A stretch of 64,000 nt of DNA from positions 7,688,001 through 7,752,000 of the forward strand of contig CM069145.1 of assembly GCA_035221665.1 (NCBI GenBank), given 5' to 3'. The notes under the pieces are model-generated. The model had not been told where the DNA came from. It did no database searches and saw nothing but the letters and a program-made list of their open reading frames with translations. This DNA comes from Okamejei kenojei (taxonomy: Eukaryota). Both the position numbers and the translations under genes were made by a program. Positions 34,573-48,714 of this stretch are shown here, in pieces (within the stretch, counting starts at the first letter, position 1; each line of letters starts with the position of its first letter).

Positions 34573-36879
34573 GTTAGCAATTTTCTTTTTTTTGATGTGG
34601 ACAGTATTAAGTTTAAGTAATGCTTTGGTTTTTACATGCTATATGTGAGTTGCTGATCAATTCTCCAAATGATATGCAGTTGTTTCAGGTTCCACATCTT
34701 TCTTGCTTATGAATGTAAAATTACTTTGCAAATATATTTCGAGACTTTAAAAAAAAACGATTTCATAACTGCTATTCTAAATTAATCCATGAATTGAGTT
34801 AAATATTTTATTGTCACATGTGACAAATTGCTGTGATATTCTTTGCTTTCATACCCAAGATATACAAATAGTCGCCCATAAAGGGCGTTTCCAAAGTAAC
34901 AAATCCTCCCCCCTTGCACCAGGTTCTCCTTTGTTCTCCCCCCTCCCACCCTCACAGTAGTTCCCCCTACGCTGGGTCCTTTTTTCCTTCCCTCGGCAAT
35001 AGCATCCTCACTTCCGTGTGTCCGCTCCATACACTCATTCTTTGATTTCTCTTTGAGTAGACCAATGAGTGAGTAGGATCCCAAATGGTACTAAGTTTTC
35101 AGTTGAAAATTATTTTTCAGGAATAAGATCATTTTATCTCCAAATATTTCCGGCGTGCATTTTGCCATTTATCTTTTTTACAATCCTATTAGTTATAGGT
35201 TAGCCTTGGTTGTTGATTGCAGGAATATTTTTCCATTATTTCACGTCATTACACTATAACATATCTGAGTTCATGAAAGCCAATGATTAAATGTAAGCAC
35301 TTATTTTCCAAGTGGTTTCTTGCCAAGTTTTGATGATGTGGACCACCATTTTTGTACAGTTATTGTGGCAGGCAAAAAGAATACATTTTGCAGAAGAACT
35401 CGGACCATAATTGATACTAAAGGAAACTCTTGTCCGAAGGATTAATAACTACATAAAAGTAAAATATATGTATTATAGATGATGAGCATTAGAATTTTCA
35501 CTGAATTTTCACTTGAGACATGCTGTTTGCATTCAGTTCACAGGAAATGATAATTAATTTCACTTGGTAAAGCGTACACTAATTGTTGTTAAAACTTGGT
35601 TAACAAACAAATAACCCTCCTGTCTAATCTACTGATGAAATTGATTACATGCTCAAGCTGCAATTTGTTACCAGTCAAATTGTATTTGCTTTTAAAAAAA
35701 AAAGATAGTGTCAGAGTACTAGCATAAATATTGCTAACACGGTTAAATGGTATTTTAAGCAGTACCAAAGGTACAATTATATAAAAGATATGACAGTGAA
35801 GTGTCATCAGATATTGAAAGCATAAAGCTGGAATAGTTCAATTCTTCAAGATTTACTTGATTTAAGTATGCTATCATAAACCTAGCCCCAATAACTTTTA
35901 CTTTTGAAAGTTTTTTTGTACGTTTAAACACTGCAGTTTATTGTGTAAATTACTGAATGGAGTAGTATAAAAGTGTTGCGGGTTTTGGGAGCTGTCATTA
36001 ATTCCATTGTAGTATTAAAGATATGTGTCAATTTTAGTGGATTAAAAGTGACCACCAACCTTTAGTCTCTGAAATTGGAGAATGTACAGTAAATGTACAG
36101 TAGCTACTTACGACAGGATTAGGAATTCTGATTAATTTCAATGAGAGAAAGTGAATCCATATGTTAGAGGCCCGCCCTTGAAACCATATAATTACTTGTG
36201 CAGCAAGAAATATTTAGATGGATATTGTCACTGAATTAACATGGGAATGTGGGTAATGTGTTTTTTCTCAAGAAAGCATTTTGCAACAATAAAAAGGAAT
36301 TGAAGATTTATATAAATACAGCTGGAAGTTCAATCCATTCATTCGTCATTTCTAGCTGAGACGTAAAATCTATAGCAGAATAAGGGTCTTTGACCTAACC
36401 AGTCCTTGCTAACATTTGTGCTCCCCTTGAACCGTCTCATCTTTCCTCCTTTTCCGCATGACAGCGTAGCTCTCCAAAGCGCTCCCCTCCTCCTGTCCCT
36501 CCCCCCCTTTCTCTCATATGATTGTCGAATCTCCCCTATACTGGTCACTTCAGAAAGCCTCTGGTGGTTCCAACATTGTTCTGGGTGATCACTGGAAATC
36601 CAGTGTTGGTTCAGTTGATGGTTTTCATTGATCTGTTAAAAATTCTCCCCCCCCCCCCCCACCGGAATACCCTTCCCTTCTGGTGGCCACCTATCATACA
36701 AAATGCTCATTTCAAACTTGTAGCCTTATTGGCATATCACAGGCTCACCATATGGACACAGTGTGACAATCTCTCACTCTGACTAAATTTGGAGCATCAA
36801 CATTACGGATTGGCCTGTGGTGTATTTAATTCCTTCACCCCCAACGCTACATGGCTTGATCAAACCCTTTATACTGTAG

Positions 36880-37282
36880 AAAGACTTCCCCAACATCGGG
36901 AACAATCTTCCTGCAACTAGCCTGTCCAACCCCTTAAGAATTTTGTAAGTTTCTATAAGATCCCCCCCTCAATCTTCTAAATTCTAGCGAGTACAAGCCA
37001 AGTCTATCCAGTCTTTCTTCATATGAATGTCCTGCCATCCCAGGAATCAGTCTGGTGAACCTTCTCTGTACTCCCTCTATGACTAGAATGTCTTTCCTCA
37101 GATTAGGAGAACAAAACTGTACATAATACTCCAGGTGTGGCCTCATCAAGGCCCTGTACAACTGCAGCAGAACCTCCCTGCTCCTATACTCAAATCATTT
37201 TGCTATGAATGCTAACATGCCATTTGCTTGCTTCACTGCCTGCTGCACCTGCATGCCTACTTTGAATGACTGGTGTACCATG
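36880..37282 (-). mobile_element. CR1 fragment, same subfamily as 1-1796
   Basis: [37 protein letters not shown]. Confidence 0.9.
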
Positions 37283-39961
37283 ACTGTAAAGTTAAGTACT
37301 CTTGAAGGACACTCGTTGTTGGGAAGTATGAAACACAATTTGCATACTGCAAGGTCCCACAAATGGAAATATTATAATGCGCTGCTAAGTATTGGCTGAG
37401 GGATTATTATTAACCAGGTGATGAGTTTCTAAATAGTATCATGAAATTTTCTATCTCACTTGAGAGGACCCGAGTAAACTAAACTAAACCAACACTAAAC
37501 ATGAAACTTTCGTCCATGTGGCAACCAAATAATATTACTCTGAGACATCAGCCTGGATGATGTGCTCAAGTCTACCGAGTGAGTCCTGAACTGGCAATCT
37601 TCTGATTTGGAAGATGCCCCAAAGCTTTGACCATTTATGGTCCTCTTCTACAGTATGTCTATTTTCTTCATAACATAACTGATAGCCAGAGGGTGAGCTT
37701 TGAGTTTATTCTTTCTGTCAAAAAGAAGGAACTTAATCTCTTCATTAAATTAGCACTTAGCTAGACCATAAATCAAGAACAGTCATACAATGATAATGCT
37801 GTGGTAATTATATTGTTCTGCCGATTACAATGGATGTGTAAAGTCCTTTCCATGTTACAGTTGTCAAATAGTACATGTTCTATAAAATGTCCACTTCTGT
37901 AACTTAAACTGAAATCTTCATGGATTTATGTACTTCTGTAAATGCAAGGAAGCAGATCAGAAAAATTGTTATTTTACACAGTTCAAAAAATAGTGCTGGA
38001 GGAACTCAGCAGGCCAGGCAGTATCGGTGGAGGCAGATGACGTATTTGGTCAGGACCCATCTTCATGGTCTGAAGAAATTTTCCAACCAGAAACATCGAT
38101 CGACCATTTCCTTCCACGGATGTTGCCTGACCTGCTGAGATCCTCTAGGGTTTTGTTTTTTGCTCGAAATGCCAGCATCTACAGATTTTTGTATCTCTGT
38201 TTTATATGGTTTACTGTTTTGCATTTATGTTCACTGCTGATGTAGGTGAGTTGGATCAATAGAAATGAGCCATGTAGAGTTTTATACCAATAGAAAGAGC
38301 ATGAAAGAGGCATTGGGTTAACATTCCAGAAAGTGGAGTAGAGATTGCAAATAAAATTGCATAATATATAATTTTAATTGACTCGTTTTGAAGATACTTG
38401 AATAGAAACATTGAAACATAAACCAGCATAACTTGGGCATCTTGGATGTCATTTTGTTCTAACATGATGTTGTGAAGAAGGAGACTTTTGCAAAGGTATT
38501 AAAGCAGTCTGCCATTTTGTCTCCTGAGTTCGGGTGTAACATTTTAGTTTGGGTGCAAACTGTAATGCTTTAGACAAAATTGGAAATGCAAGCGGTTCTG
38601 TGTATGATGAAACCAATGCAAGTTGACCAAGTAGCTCCCATTCCTATATTTCAAATACTCACTGCATATAGAATAGAGGGTGGATGCTTTAGCTAATGAC
38701 AGTTGTTGTCTATAATTTTGGTATGCAGATGTTTTGTTTGTTTGCCCTAAACAGAATATCTGCATCCCAAAACCATCGAAAAGTTGGTGTAGATTTTAGG
38801 TTGGCGTTCTGTCAGAATGTTTGTATGTTATTCTTGTATCGCCTGAACTAGTTTTTAATTTGGTACACTTGAGAGAGCAATTCTATTTCTTATCAAAGTT
38901 GTTCAAGTCACTTTGTATTAGCTGATCGAAAGTGGCTGTATTCAAGAGTTAGTGCATGCAGTGCGCAAACATTAAACAAAGATGTGAAAATGAAAATCAT
39001 CGAAGTTTGTAGGCCAGCCTTAAATGGAAAATATTAAACCTGAATATTTTGAAAGGGTGGACTCCCATATCATTGTTTTTTGGCTTCTATTCCTATATAT
39101 TTTTAAAATTATGCAATTGAATAAATTCCATTGAATAAGTTGTATCTTTATATCTGAATTCCACATTTTTTTTGGGGGTGATTGGCAAATAATACCATTA
39201 TTGATAAAACCTTAAATTGGGAGATTACATGGGACACTTTATTTGCAAATCAAAATGAATAAAGTCAGGAAATAATTTATTTATATCAGTTTTTTATATT
39301 AATATCATAAAGTGTTTCTGTAGTTCAAATAAATGTCAAGTATCTTGTTGGCATAAATACACTGTAAAATTGGCCTTTGTGCACTATTATGTAACATCAG
39401 TCGATCATTCGTTTCAAATGATACATTTGCACAACATATTATTGTGCTGCTGTGGACTAAAGGGGGTATTCTTTAATGTACTGCGATTGGAATTGGCTGC
39501 AATTATGGCAACGTGTACAGGCGACCACGTGGCACACCTGCCACAGTCTTCTGCCCACTAAAATTCTAAGTATCGTATGAAGCCCCTCCATTTCCTTAGA
39601 TATTATCCAAGATGAATTATGGACAGAAGCAGAAATGCACAGCAAAAAGTTCAAATCTTGTTTGTTGGAAGGATTTTTGTGTTTGGAAAGACATCCAAAA
39701 TATTCGCATAGATTTGTAGTTCTAATTGTAGTTCAGAATACTGCAAAGAAATGGCCTGGAAATGTAAAAAAAATCCTGCAGATACTGCAAATCTGAAATA
39801 AAACCAGCAAATGATGGTGAACCTCTGGGTTGGTTGGCATCTGTAGAAACAGAAACAGGTACAGGTTAACATTTAATCCTTCATCAGAAATGGGGGGGAA
39901 AAAAAGTTTGTTTTTCACTCTTCCTGGTTGTGATCATGGTTCATTGATCTGAAATGTTAAC

Positions 39962-41135
39962 ATCAAGTCAAGTCAAGTCAATTTTATTTCTATAGCACAT
40001 TTAAAAACAGCTCTCTATGATAACGGTGAAAAAACTAATACTTAAATTTTGGTAACACACATCAGTCCCTACTCTTAAGATGTGGATTATAAACATGTCC
40101 GAGACACTACATCTTGAAAATATTAGACTTGTCTTGGCAGAAAACCAGATCATTTTTCCAAGACATGGACACCCTTCACTGATTTTTTACAAGGATAGTA
40201 TGGCGCAACGCAACATTGGATCTAAATCTAACTATGGGTTGGGTGAGGTGGGGGGGGGGGGGGGGGGGGGATGGGGATGAGAGGCAGGTATACCATCACT
40301 TTTTCTCTTTCTTTTTGTCCTTTTTTTCTATTCCTCTCTTTCTTTCTTTTATTCACTCTTTGGCTACACTACTTTGGTAGTCTAAGGGTCCTATCTTTTC
40401 ACATCTCACTTTCTCTTTCTTGCTTTTTCTCCTTTCTTTTCTTCTAATTCAAAGCTAAAAAGTTAATATTGAAGCTGTACAATAACTATATAATTTTATA
40501 AGCCGTTGGTTCTACTCTTGTACATTTGCTTCTAATAAATAAATAAATAAATATATTTTTCAACCAAAAAAAACCCAGCTCTCGTTGACAAAAGTGCTTT
40601 ACAATAGTGCAGGTACTAACGTGCTACAAACAGTGGTACATAGATCAACAATACATACATAAATACATGCAGCGCTCCCTCAGAGGACCTCAAGAAAGGC
40701 TTGAGAGTAGAAATAAGTTTGAAGTCCAGACTTAAAAGAGTTGATGGAGGGGGCAGTTCTGATGGGAAGAGGGATGCTGTTCCATAGTCTAGGTGCTACA
40801 ACCACAAAAGCGCGGTCGCCCCTGAGCTTATGCCTAGACCGCGGGATGGTCAGTAACCCCAAGTCAGCCGATCTGAGGGACCTGGAGGTGGTATGGTGGG
40901 AAAGCAGATTTTTGATGTAGGTGGGGGCGAGCCCGTTAAGGGCATTGTAAACAAAAAGAAGGAGCTTGAAATTGATTCGGAACCACTCGGGAGCCAGTGG
41001 AGAGAGGCCAGAATCGGGGTGATGTGGTCCCTTTTTCGGGTGCCCGTCAGGAGTCAGCAAAACGCTGTGGCATTTTGGACCAATTGCAGGCGGGACAGGG
41101 ATGATTGGCTGATGCCAGTGTAAAGGGAGTTGCAG
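39962..41135 (-). mobile_element. L2-clade LINE 3' end, interrupted by an L1 fragment
   Basis: FKLLLFVYNALNGLAPTYI..RSLRSAD..GDRAFVVVAPRLWNSIP. (TTGAC)n tail at 39963-39981. Confidence 0.8.
40016..40575 (+). mobile_element. L1-like LINE 3' end
   Basis: KKLILKFW..PTLKMWIINMSETLHLENIRL resembles the fish L1 ORF2 C-terminus. AATAAA and A-rich tail, TSD CAGCTCTC (40008-40015, 40576-40583), TT/AAAA target site. Confidence 0.65.
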
Positions 41136-42808
41136 TAATGAAGACGGGTGGAGATTTTGAGTGGATAAATGAGTGGAGAAACAGTTTCTCTTTCCACAGA
41201 TGCTCCCTGACCTGTTCAGCATTCCATCATTTCTATTTTTATTAAATGAATGACTCTGGATTGCTTTTGATAGCCACAGTTTGAAAGAAATAGTTTAAAG
41301 AAAAATGCCAATTTATAACTTTGAAAGTATAGCCAATAACCCTTTGTTTATGAGCATTTCACACAAAATAACAATAACTAATTTTACCAGTTCACTCATG
41401 GTACACATTTTTACACAACACTCCAAATGATTTACCAGAATAAATCATGCTGAACAGGCTGTCTATTAAATACAATACATTTTGTCTACCTCTGTCAGTG
41501 CCCAAGCACTCTTTGTCCTGACTAGTTCTGAATATTCTCTCAGTCCTGTTGCAGAACAAGGAGCATGTTTAGTTTAGTAATCTAAAGTTTAATTATAAAT
41601 GATACTTGCTGTCCCAGAGTGTACCTAGAACATTGTCTGATTAGTGCAGACCAAAGTTCAGATGTTACTTTCTGTATTACCAGAATAGAAATCATCCATT
41701 TATTGTGAACTTAAACCAATTATCTACTATTTTTTTTTCTACAAAAAAAACATGGACATGGTTGTCTTGATCAATTCAAGCATTTGCAAGCATATTAATT
41801 TGCATCCACTGCTGAACAACTGCATCTGCCCTGCAAACGTAATTTGTGTGTGTGTGTGTGTCCTCATCCCATTAGATAATGTTTTATAAACTACAGATAA
41901 TAAAATGTAATACTTGTGTTTTGATATTTAAAGTTCCCCCTCAATCCTGTTCTGTTGTCCCATTTTTAATCAAACTTTATTAAAGGGATGTAAATCATGT
42001 TGAAAGGATGTTGTTTTTATTTTCAGGTTGACCCTATGAATTCTTTAGTATAATTGGCAGAAGAATCTGACTGCTCTATACCCAATTCCCCATAGATCCC
42101 CAAATGGGAAGCATTGAATCCAGACTGACATTGAAATGGAAGTTTGATCTGTAGAGCCTAATATAACTTTGTGGAAAGTTTTTATTTAAATTGGAGTTGA
42201 AGGTCATTCCTTCACAGTTGTTAACAAAATCAGAACAAATAAAATTTCATTTGCAGATCTTTCCACCTTGCTTTGCCAATAGACTTCGAACGGATCATTT
42301 TGTAAATCAGACATTGATAAATGTTATAATATTTCTTGTTTGTGCATTACGATTTGCAATGTTATTTTTGACTGTTTAATTGCTGGAAACATCTTTAATT
42401 TTGAGTTTGTATTTTTTGCAATTCTAATTGGTTTTAAAATGAAAAGACTAGAACATGATAAATCAATATTTTGCATTGTATGTCAAGCGAAGATGTGACT
42501 TATCTAAACATATTATCCTATCAATGTTGAGGTGCAGTAATATCTCTCGTTACCACCTAACTATATTTAATATGGGACTAAAGTTTTTCCAAGCAGATTA
42601 TCTTTTTCATGCGGATTTTTGGATTGTGATATTGATTGAATAAGGGAACGAGTCATCTTTGTCTCTGAATTAACATAAAATATCAATTTTTAGTTCAACT
42701 TGAATTTGATTGAATGCCATCAGGATTACTGACTTGTTGCTTAACCTTGAAATACCATCTTTTAATTGCTTAAAAAGAAGAAATTGAAGTACCTATTTTA
42801 TTTTACAG

Positions 42809-42868
42809 GACGCTTGGGCCTTAATTTTCCGCACCCTGGTACAGATAATCTTGTGGCATTAAATAACA
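42809..42868 (+). CDS. CPEB3: CPEB3 third coding exon (60 nt)
   Basis: ttttacag| acceptor. Encodes (G)RLGLNFPHPGTDNLVALNN, compare human GRMGINFHHPGTDNIMALN. Donor A|GTAAGT, phase 1-1. Confidence 0.93.
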
Positions 42869-43337
42869 GTAAGTATTATTCTTTCATGTGGTAATTTCTT
42901 ATGTTGTGGGAATGTGGAGCATTTATCTTTATTCAGAAGGCTTTGAATAATATAATTGGTAAAGGAAGCAAACCTCTTGGCTGATTTATTGTAAGCAAAG
43001 GTATTAATCCACAGATCAATTTTACTTTGTGGACATATTGTATCATAACGTATATGATAAATTAAGCCTGTCTAATACTAAATGACCCATGTTGTTAATT
43101 TTGGCAAGGAATTAATGCAATGCCTCTGTATTGTGTGTACAGTCCATTTTAGTTGAACAATTTTGTACAGCAAGTTATGGATATGAATAAAAAACTTTAG
43201 ATCTTTTTAATTTCTTGTCACTGGGAGACTCCGAAATCACTGATGCACTGTATACAGCATTTTATTTATGTCATTAGTTTTCTTGATTAGTAGCTATTGT
43301 ATTTTTTTTCTACACGAGTATTTCCCTGTAATAGCAA

Positions 43338-44151
43338 CTAGACTAAGTGGGACCCGTTGGAGGGCTTCACACGGGAGGGCTGGTCCCCCAACGCAATATT
43401 CCACCTCTCCACCAATTCCAATATTGCTGGCCAGTGGGGGGGATTTCTGGCGCGTTAGCATGGAGTTGTGGGCCGAAGGGACTGGTTTCCAGATGGCTAG
43501 TATGGACATTGTGGACTGAATGGATTCTTGGGCTGGCAGCTCAGTCACTGAGCACACTCACACTCACACAGGCACTCACACAGACACACGCGCGCACTCA
43601 CACACCATATATATGGCAGTAAACTCTCTTGAATACTCACACGGCTGAGCGCGGCTTCTCCACTTTGGGGCTTCCGCAGTCAGCGACACTTCCGCAATCA
43701 GCGTGACCTCTGCACTTACCGGACCTGTCCACTAAACGGAAGTCACAAAATGAACGGGACTTTTGAACCAAACACAGTCGGACCTAATAAAGCATTTATT
43801 CCTTCCAAACACAGTTGGACCTAATAAAGCATTTATTCCTTCCAAACACAGTTGGACCTAATAAAGCATTGCAGTTTCAAGCACAGGCAGGGCAGCATCT
43901 TCTCCCCCCCCCCCCCCCCCCGGAAGGGGCCTTACCTTAATCGCTGTGATTGACAGGCGAGAGGGTCTCTTTTTTTAAACCCTCATAACTTTTTTATTTT
44001 CCATCGATGGGGAAAAATCCTCGAGGCCTGCTCAGCAGAGGGGGCTGAGTAAGATGGCCAAAAATCATAGCAATATATGGTAGCGTTTTTTCTAAAATCA
44101 ATATACAGCGCAGACAGGAAGTGGTCAAGATGAGACTTTTAATTATATAGA
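43338..44151 (-). mobile_element. Non-autonomous Helitron-like element
   Basis: - strand begins TCTATATAATTAAAAG and ends ...AGTCTAG|T, with no TIR or TSD. Internal 36-bp tandem repeat at ~43769-43870. The 3' hairpin is only partial. Confidence 0.55.
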
Positions 44152-45844
44152 AATGTAAACGCGTAGCTTGTCGTCCAAATCAAGGATAATAGTTGGGGGA
44201 AGAGGGTTTAGGAAAATAACTTGGATATTATGCCCATGTTCTTGCAGTGGTCTTTGTGTGGGTGTGTACTTTATGAAAGCATATATACTTTTTCATAACT
44301 AAATGGTAGAAATGTATTAATACATATGTAAAGGCAATGCAAAATTGTTATAATAATAAGAGCTTACATTAATGTTTTAAACATGAGAAATAATTTGTCA
44401 TTTTCTGTCCCATGATGACACTGCTAAAATGTAATCATTTTTATCAATTCATCAAAGCAGCACCGTGTGTCTCTGCCCTCTCTTACAGTGCTGTTGGAGG
44501 TCCCGTGTATTATCTCTTATGATTCTTATTATTTTGGAGGAAACTGCAACAGAGCAATGGTTGCTAAAATTATTTAATACGCAAGCTAATGCAGTCTGTC
44601 ATTAGAGAAAATACCCATCTCGGTGTCTACAACATCAGGCAGGAATTGTGATTAATTTGTTGTAACAGTCCTATTTAACTAGCTTTTATTCCACAAATGT
44701 CTGAGGGGTAACCAGGACCCACGTAAATTCTGATTGATATCTATTATACTCATCCCCCAACTAATGCCGTTTTGGGTTTGGATTTGCTAGCAGCAGAACC
44801 CATCTGGCACTATGAGGGTATTAGGGCAAGAGGAAGCTACAATATCCCTCCGTCTGCTGCGCCATTCAATAAGATAATATCTAGTACTCAGCCTCCTATC
44901 CATTTTCCAGTTCTGTTTTCCTTCATTGCATGAGTTATTTTAAGTCCAAAGATATTTTTTCTCTCTGAATATAATGAGTCCTTTTGGAGAATTCCAAAGC
45001 CTGAAGCAATTTCCTCTCATCACTTTATCTTGAGACTATATTTGAGATTTCAATCGGAGGAAAGAATCTCTTATCATCCTTTTGGAATAATCCTTTATAT
45101 TTTCGATGATTTGTACTTCTGGTTCTGATGGCGTAAGGGCAATCCCTTCTCTATTCCGGCCTAATTCATTGCATTCTTCTTTCTTGCTGTGATCTCTGGA
45201 ATGACTTTGAATATCCCAATGAACACAGTTACTGAGCTACTTGCATTTTAATTCTTCCGGTTTTCCTGAAAATATAATTGTTCTTTCAAATTACTTTGGG
45301 GAAAATATAATTATTTTGACATCACATTTTTTTTCTTGCTTTTGCCTGGTTTAAAATTGCAATCTCTCACTCTAGCCTGCACTAGGATCCTATTATCTTC
45401 AGAAGAATCTCTTGAAAGAATGATTAGAAACACGCTGAGGAACTTAAATTAAAAATGCAACTAGCAATTTCTGGTGTGTCCCAAGGGATTGTATTTGGAC
45501 TTGTATTCCACTTTCTTTATGATAGAAATTAATTTCCTCTAAACGTAATGGGACATCATCTTTCACTTCAAATGAACATTAAGTTGACTGCAATTGCTCA
45601 AAAAGAAAACTAATCACCTGCCGTGTTTAATGGGGTTTATGCCCTTTATTGGCGAAAGAATTGTTCAGCGAAGAAAACTGTTCACACAGGCTCTTTGTTC
45701 CACAGAGATGAGACTTGAGAGAATTTTTTTTTTTCTTGGATAATTTGCGACGAATTCACAAGGAGTATGTATTTTGTAGAAGAAGGGAACATTTTCAGTC
45801 CATCTTGTATCTCTGCGAGTGATGAGAAATGGTAAAATAGTAAT

Positions 45845-46486
45845 ATGTGTCGGAAGGAGCTGCAGTTGCTGATATACACTGAAGGTAGACACAAAATGCT
45901 GGAGAAACTAAAGGGGCTGTCCCACTGCGGCAACCTAATCTGCGAGTTCTGGCGAGTTTGCCCTCGACTCGTACTTGCAGCATGGTTGACAAGAGGTCCT
46001 AGGAGGTCTTTGTAAGTTTCCTTCATGCTCGAGAGAAGTCCCCGCACACTTGAGGCCTCAGCTAGGTCGCGGCGTATTTTTCAACATTTTGAAAAATGCA
46101 TGTGAGTAAAAAAAAAGGTCGCCATTGGAAAAAATCCATACTTTTTTTACTCGTAGGATTAACTGAGGTAGGTCGGCATGTCATTCGTAGGTAATCGAGG
46201 GTAATCGAAGGTAGTCTTCAACATAGTCGAAGGGAGATCGAAGGTGGTTGTCTTCACTCTCCACTATCGGTGTCCAATTTTCCCGAAGCTGGTCTTCAAC
46301 ATAGTCGAAGGAGGTCTTCTACATAGTCGAAGGAGGTCTTCAACATGACATTTTTTCAAACTCTCCTAAACTCTTCTAAACTCGCCAATTAGGTCACTGC
46401 AGTGGGACAGCCCCTTAAGCGGGACCGGCAGCACCTCTGGATAGAATGAATGGGTGATGTTTTGGGTCAAGACCCCTTCTTCAGAA
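45845..46486 (-). mobile_element. Penelope-derived hammerhead element split by a Harbinger MITE
   Basis: ...GGAGAAAC(TAA) [MITE] (TAA)GCGGG... rejoins the element consensus. The core is degenerate (GAAA to AAAA). Confidence 0.75.
45912..46415. mobile_element. PIF/Harbinger MITE
   Basis: TIRs AGGGGCTGTCCCACTGC and GCAGTGGGACAGCCCCT, TAA TSD. Confidence 0.85.
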
Positions 46487-46902
46487 ATTAGTAATACTTC
46501 CACTGATAGTTCAAATTATCTTCTTTGAAGTCTGGGAATTACAAAACTTGGAAAAGCAATATTCCCCGGAGAATATGCTTGTTCCATGATGAGCCCCATG
46601 GTTTGTTTTCCCATTTGGCAGGGGCTTGAAACCGGTCGTAAATTCCTGACTCATCATGCCATTCTTCCCATGGTGTCTTCACTCTCCAGTTGGTAGTTGT
46701 ATCTTAGTCTAATCTAATCTGTCCTCCTAGTAACCATCTCCCTGGTTGATTGTGTATGTTTCTTCAAATATGATTCTATGATGTGCTTTACTTTATTGCA
46801 ATTCAAGTTGTCAGTCCATTTCAGAATATAGTTTTTTAAGTGTTCTCCAAAATATGTTTATAACTGCTGACGATATTTACAGACTTGGAGTCTGTACAGA
46901 GT

Positions 46903-46930
46903 CTGAAGAAGGGTCTCGACCCGAAACGTC
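46903..46930 (+). ncRNA. Minimal type I hammerhead ribozyme core, sense in CPEB3 intron (element ~46898-47030)
   Basis: CUGAAGA-A-GGGU(cucg)ACCC-GAAAC-GUC. Flanks ACAGAGU and ACCUGU can form a 6-bp stem I with one bulge. Confidence 0.75.
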
Positions 46931-48714
46931 ACCTGTTCCTTCTCTCCAAAGATGCCGCCCCACCCGCTGAGTTCCTCCAGCATTTTTGTATACCTTCGAT
47001 TATTGCAGCATCTGCAGTTCTTTCTTAAACAGTTAAACATAACCATCACATGTGGCTTATTTCACTTCAAAACAATTTAAACGTAATTTCCTTCCCAAAT
47101 CCAGGAGTCAGACTATACTTGCAAGCTTGGGTTTGAAATCAGAACTTGTACTACCAGAATTGGATCCTTCATGGAACTGCTTGAACCATTGATTGAGTGT
47201 CCTTTGACATGAAACCTGTATCCAAGCCATCTTTTGATTTTGTTTAGCTCCAATATTTTGCTTGGCTCCAATATTGCTCAATAAAAGGGGAAATGGTGTA
47301 ATGCAAACCATCGATTAGCATCATCAATTTGGCAATGATTTATTAATTAGTCATGTGTAGCAATTGTACTTGGAGCAATGTGGGCATGTCCCCATTTTAG
47401 CATACAGATATATTCCTGACTTTCAAGAAATATAGCTAATCAGACTGAGCAGCAAATTAGTAAACACAATTTGGATCCTACTCTGTCATAAAATCTTGTT
47501 GCTATGATTCAACATGTACTATTTTGCTTGTACACTACCTCAGTTATGTTAAATAGTTTGAGCATAGGCTGGATCCAGTCATATTGGCATATTTCATTTA
47601 CCAGATACCATATCTCTTATCGAAATGTTGCTTTTGTGCTTAAAAATAAAACTAAATTTTATAGTCCATAGCAATAGTGAGCACTGCCTTAAATTAGATT
47701 TTTGTTTTAAATTCTGTTTAAATCCAGTGAAAGACAAATGCCAATCATGATGTTTTAATTCAGGAACAATGATTTTAAAAAAAACTGTAAGCTAGACCAT
47801 AGACTAACAAGCTATTCTTGAGATACTGGTGACTTAGTTGATTCAATTTGTATTGTGGCTCTATCTGAGCTGATTTGCTCAAGATAATATGGAAACCATT
47901 GTGAATTGTGCGATCATCAATAACTTTAAGGTCAATATTTAGGTCTCTGGTGACACATGGAACTGCAGATGCTTGAATCAAGCAAAACGCAAAGTGCTGG
48001 AGGAACTCAGCGGATCAAGCAGCATCTGTGTATTGCTTCTGGGTCTCTGGTTTTGCATTCTACCTACATGTTAAAACAGAAGGAAAAAAAAGTTTTTCTC
48101 TTTCTGTCTATTAATACAGAATCTTGGATATTTAGCTTCTCGATGGGTGAATATTTCACATTCCCCATAACCATTTTAAACTTTTTGCTTTCTTGAGTAT
48201 TCTCAGTTTTCACTTTATTTGTATGTTTGAGGTTTTCTGCTATTCGCATCTTCAGAATGACTGAATTTCTTCTACACAGCCAAACTGAGTGACCATCTTG
48301 ATCCTTATATTGTGGTTATCAATGGTTCTGTTATTCATGCGTGTTTTTACCATCTGGCCTGAACTTAGTTTCTTGCATTTAGTTTTTGTTTGTGCACTTG
48401 CTTAGTTTTCTCCTGTTACAACCTTGAATAAGATGTCATTTCTTTATGTAGTTTGAAATTTCTGAGAAAGAGGATGACACATTTTATTAAGATAAAACAC
48501 AATTTATAACCTTTGTAATATTGTTGTACTGTTGTGTCACCATGACTGTCTTCGAATGTTGGAGTTGACTAATTTTATAGAAGTCTATAACAATTGCATT
48601 GGTATTGATTTATTATAACACATGTCCTGAGATCCATTGTGTTGTGAAGACCATCTTCTATAGTATTTTATGTAGCAATGAGTTGCAAGCATTTGTGAGT
48701 TTAGGATAGACATC

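Noticed and set aside
37975-38200. Further hammerhead-like copies (also ~58130-58290)
   Set aside because: Older relatives of the same element with stem II or core destroyed. Not credible ribozymes.
43769-43870. 36-bp repeats suggestive of a CRISPR array
   Set aside because: Head-to-tail with no unique spacers, inside a eukaryotic Helitron-like element.
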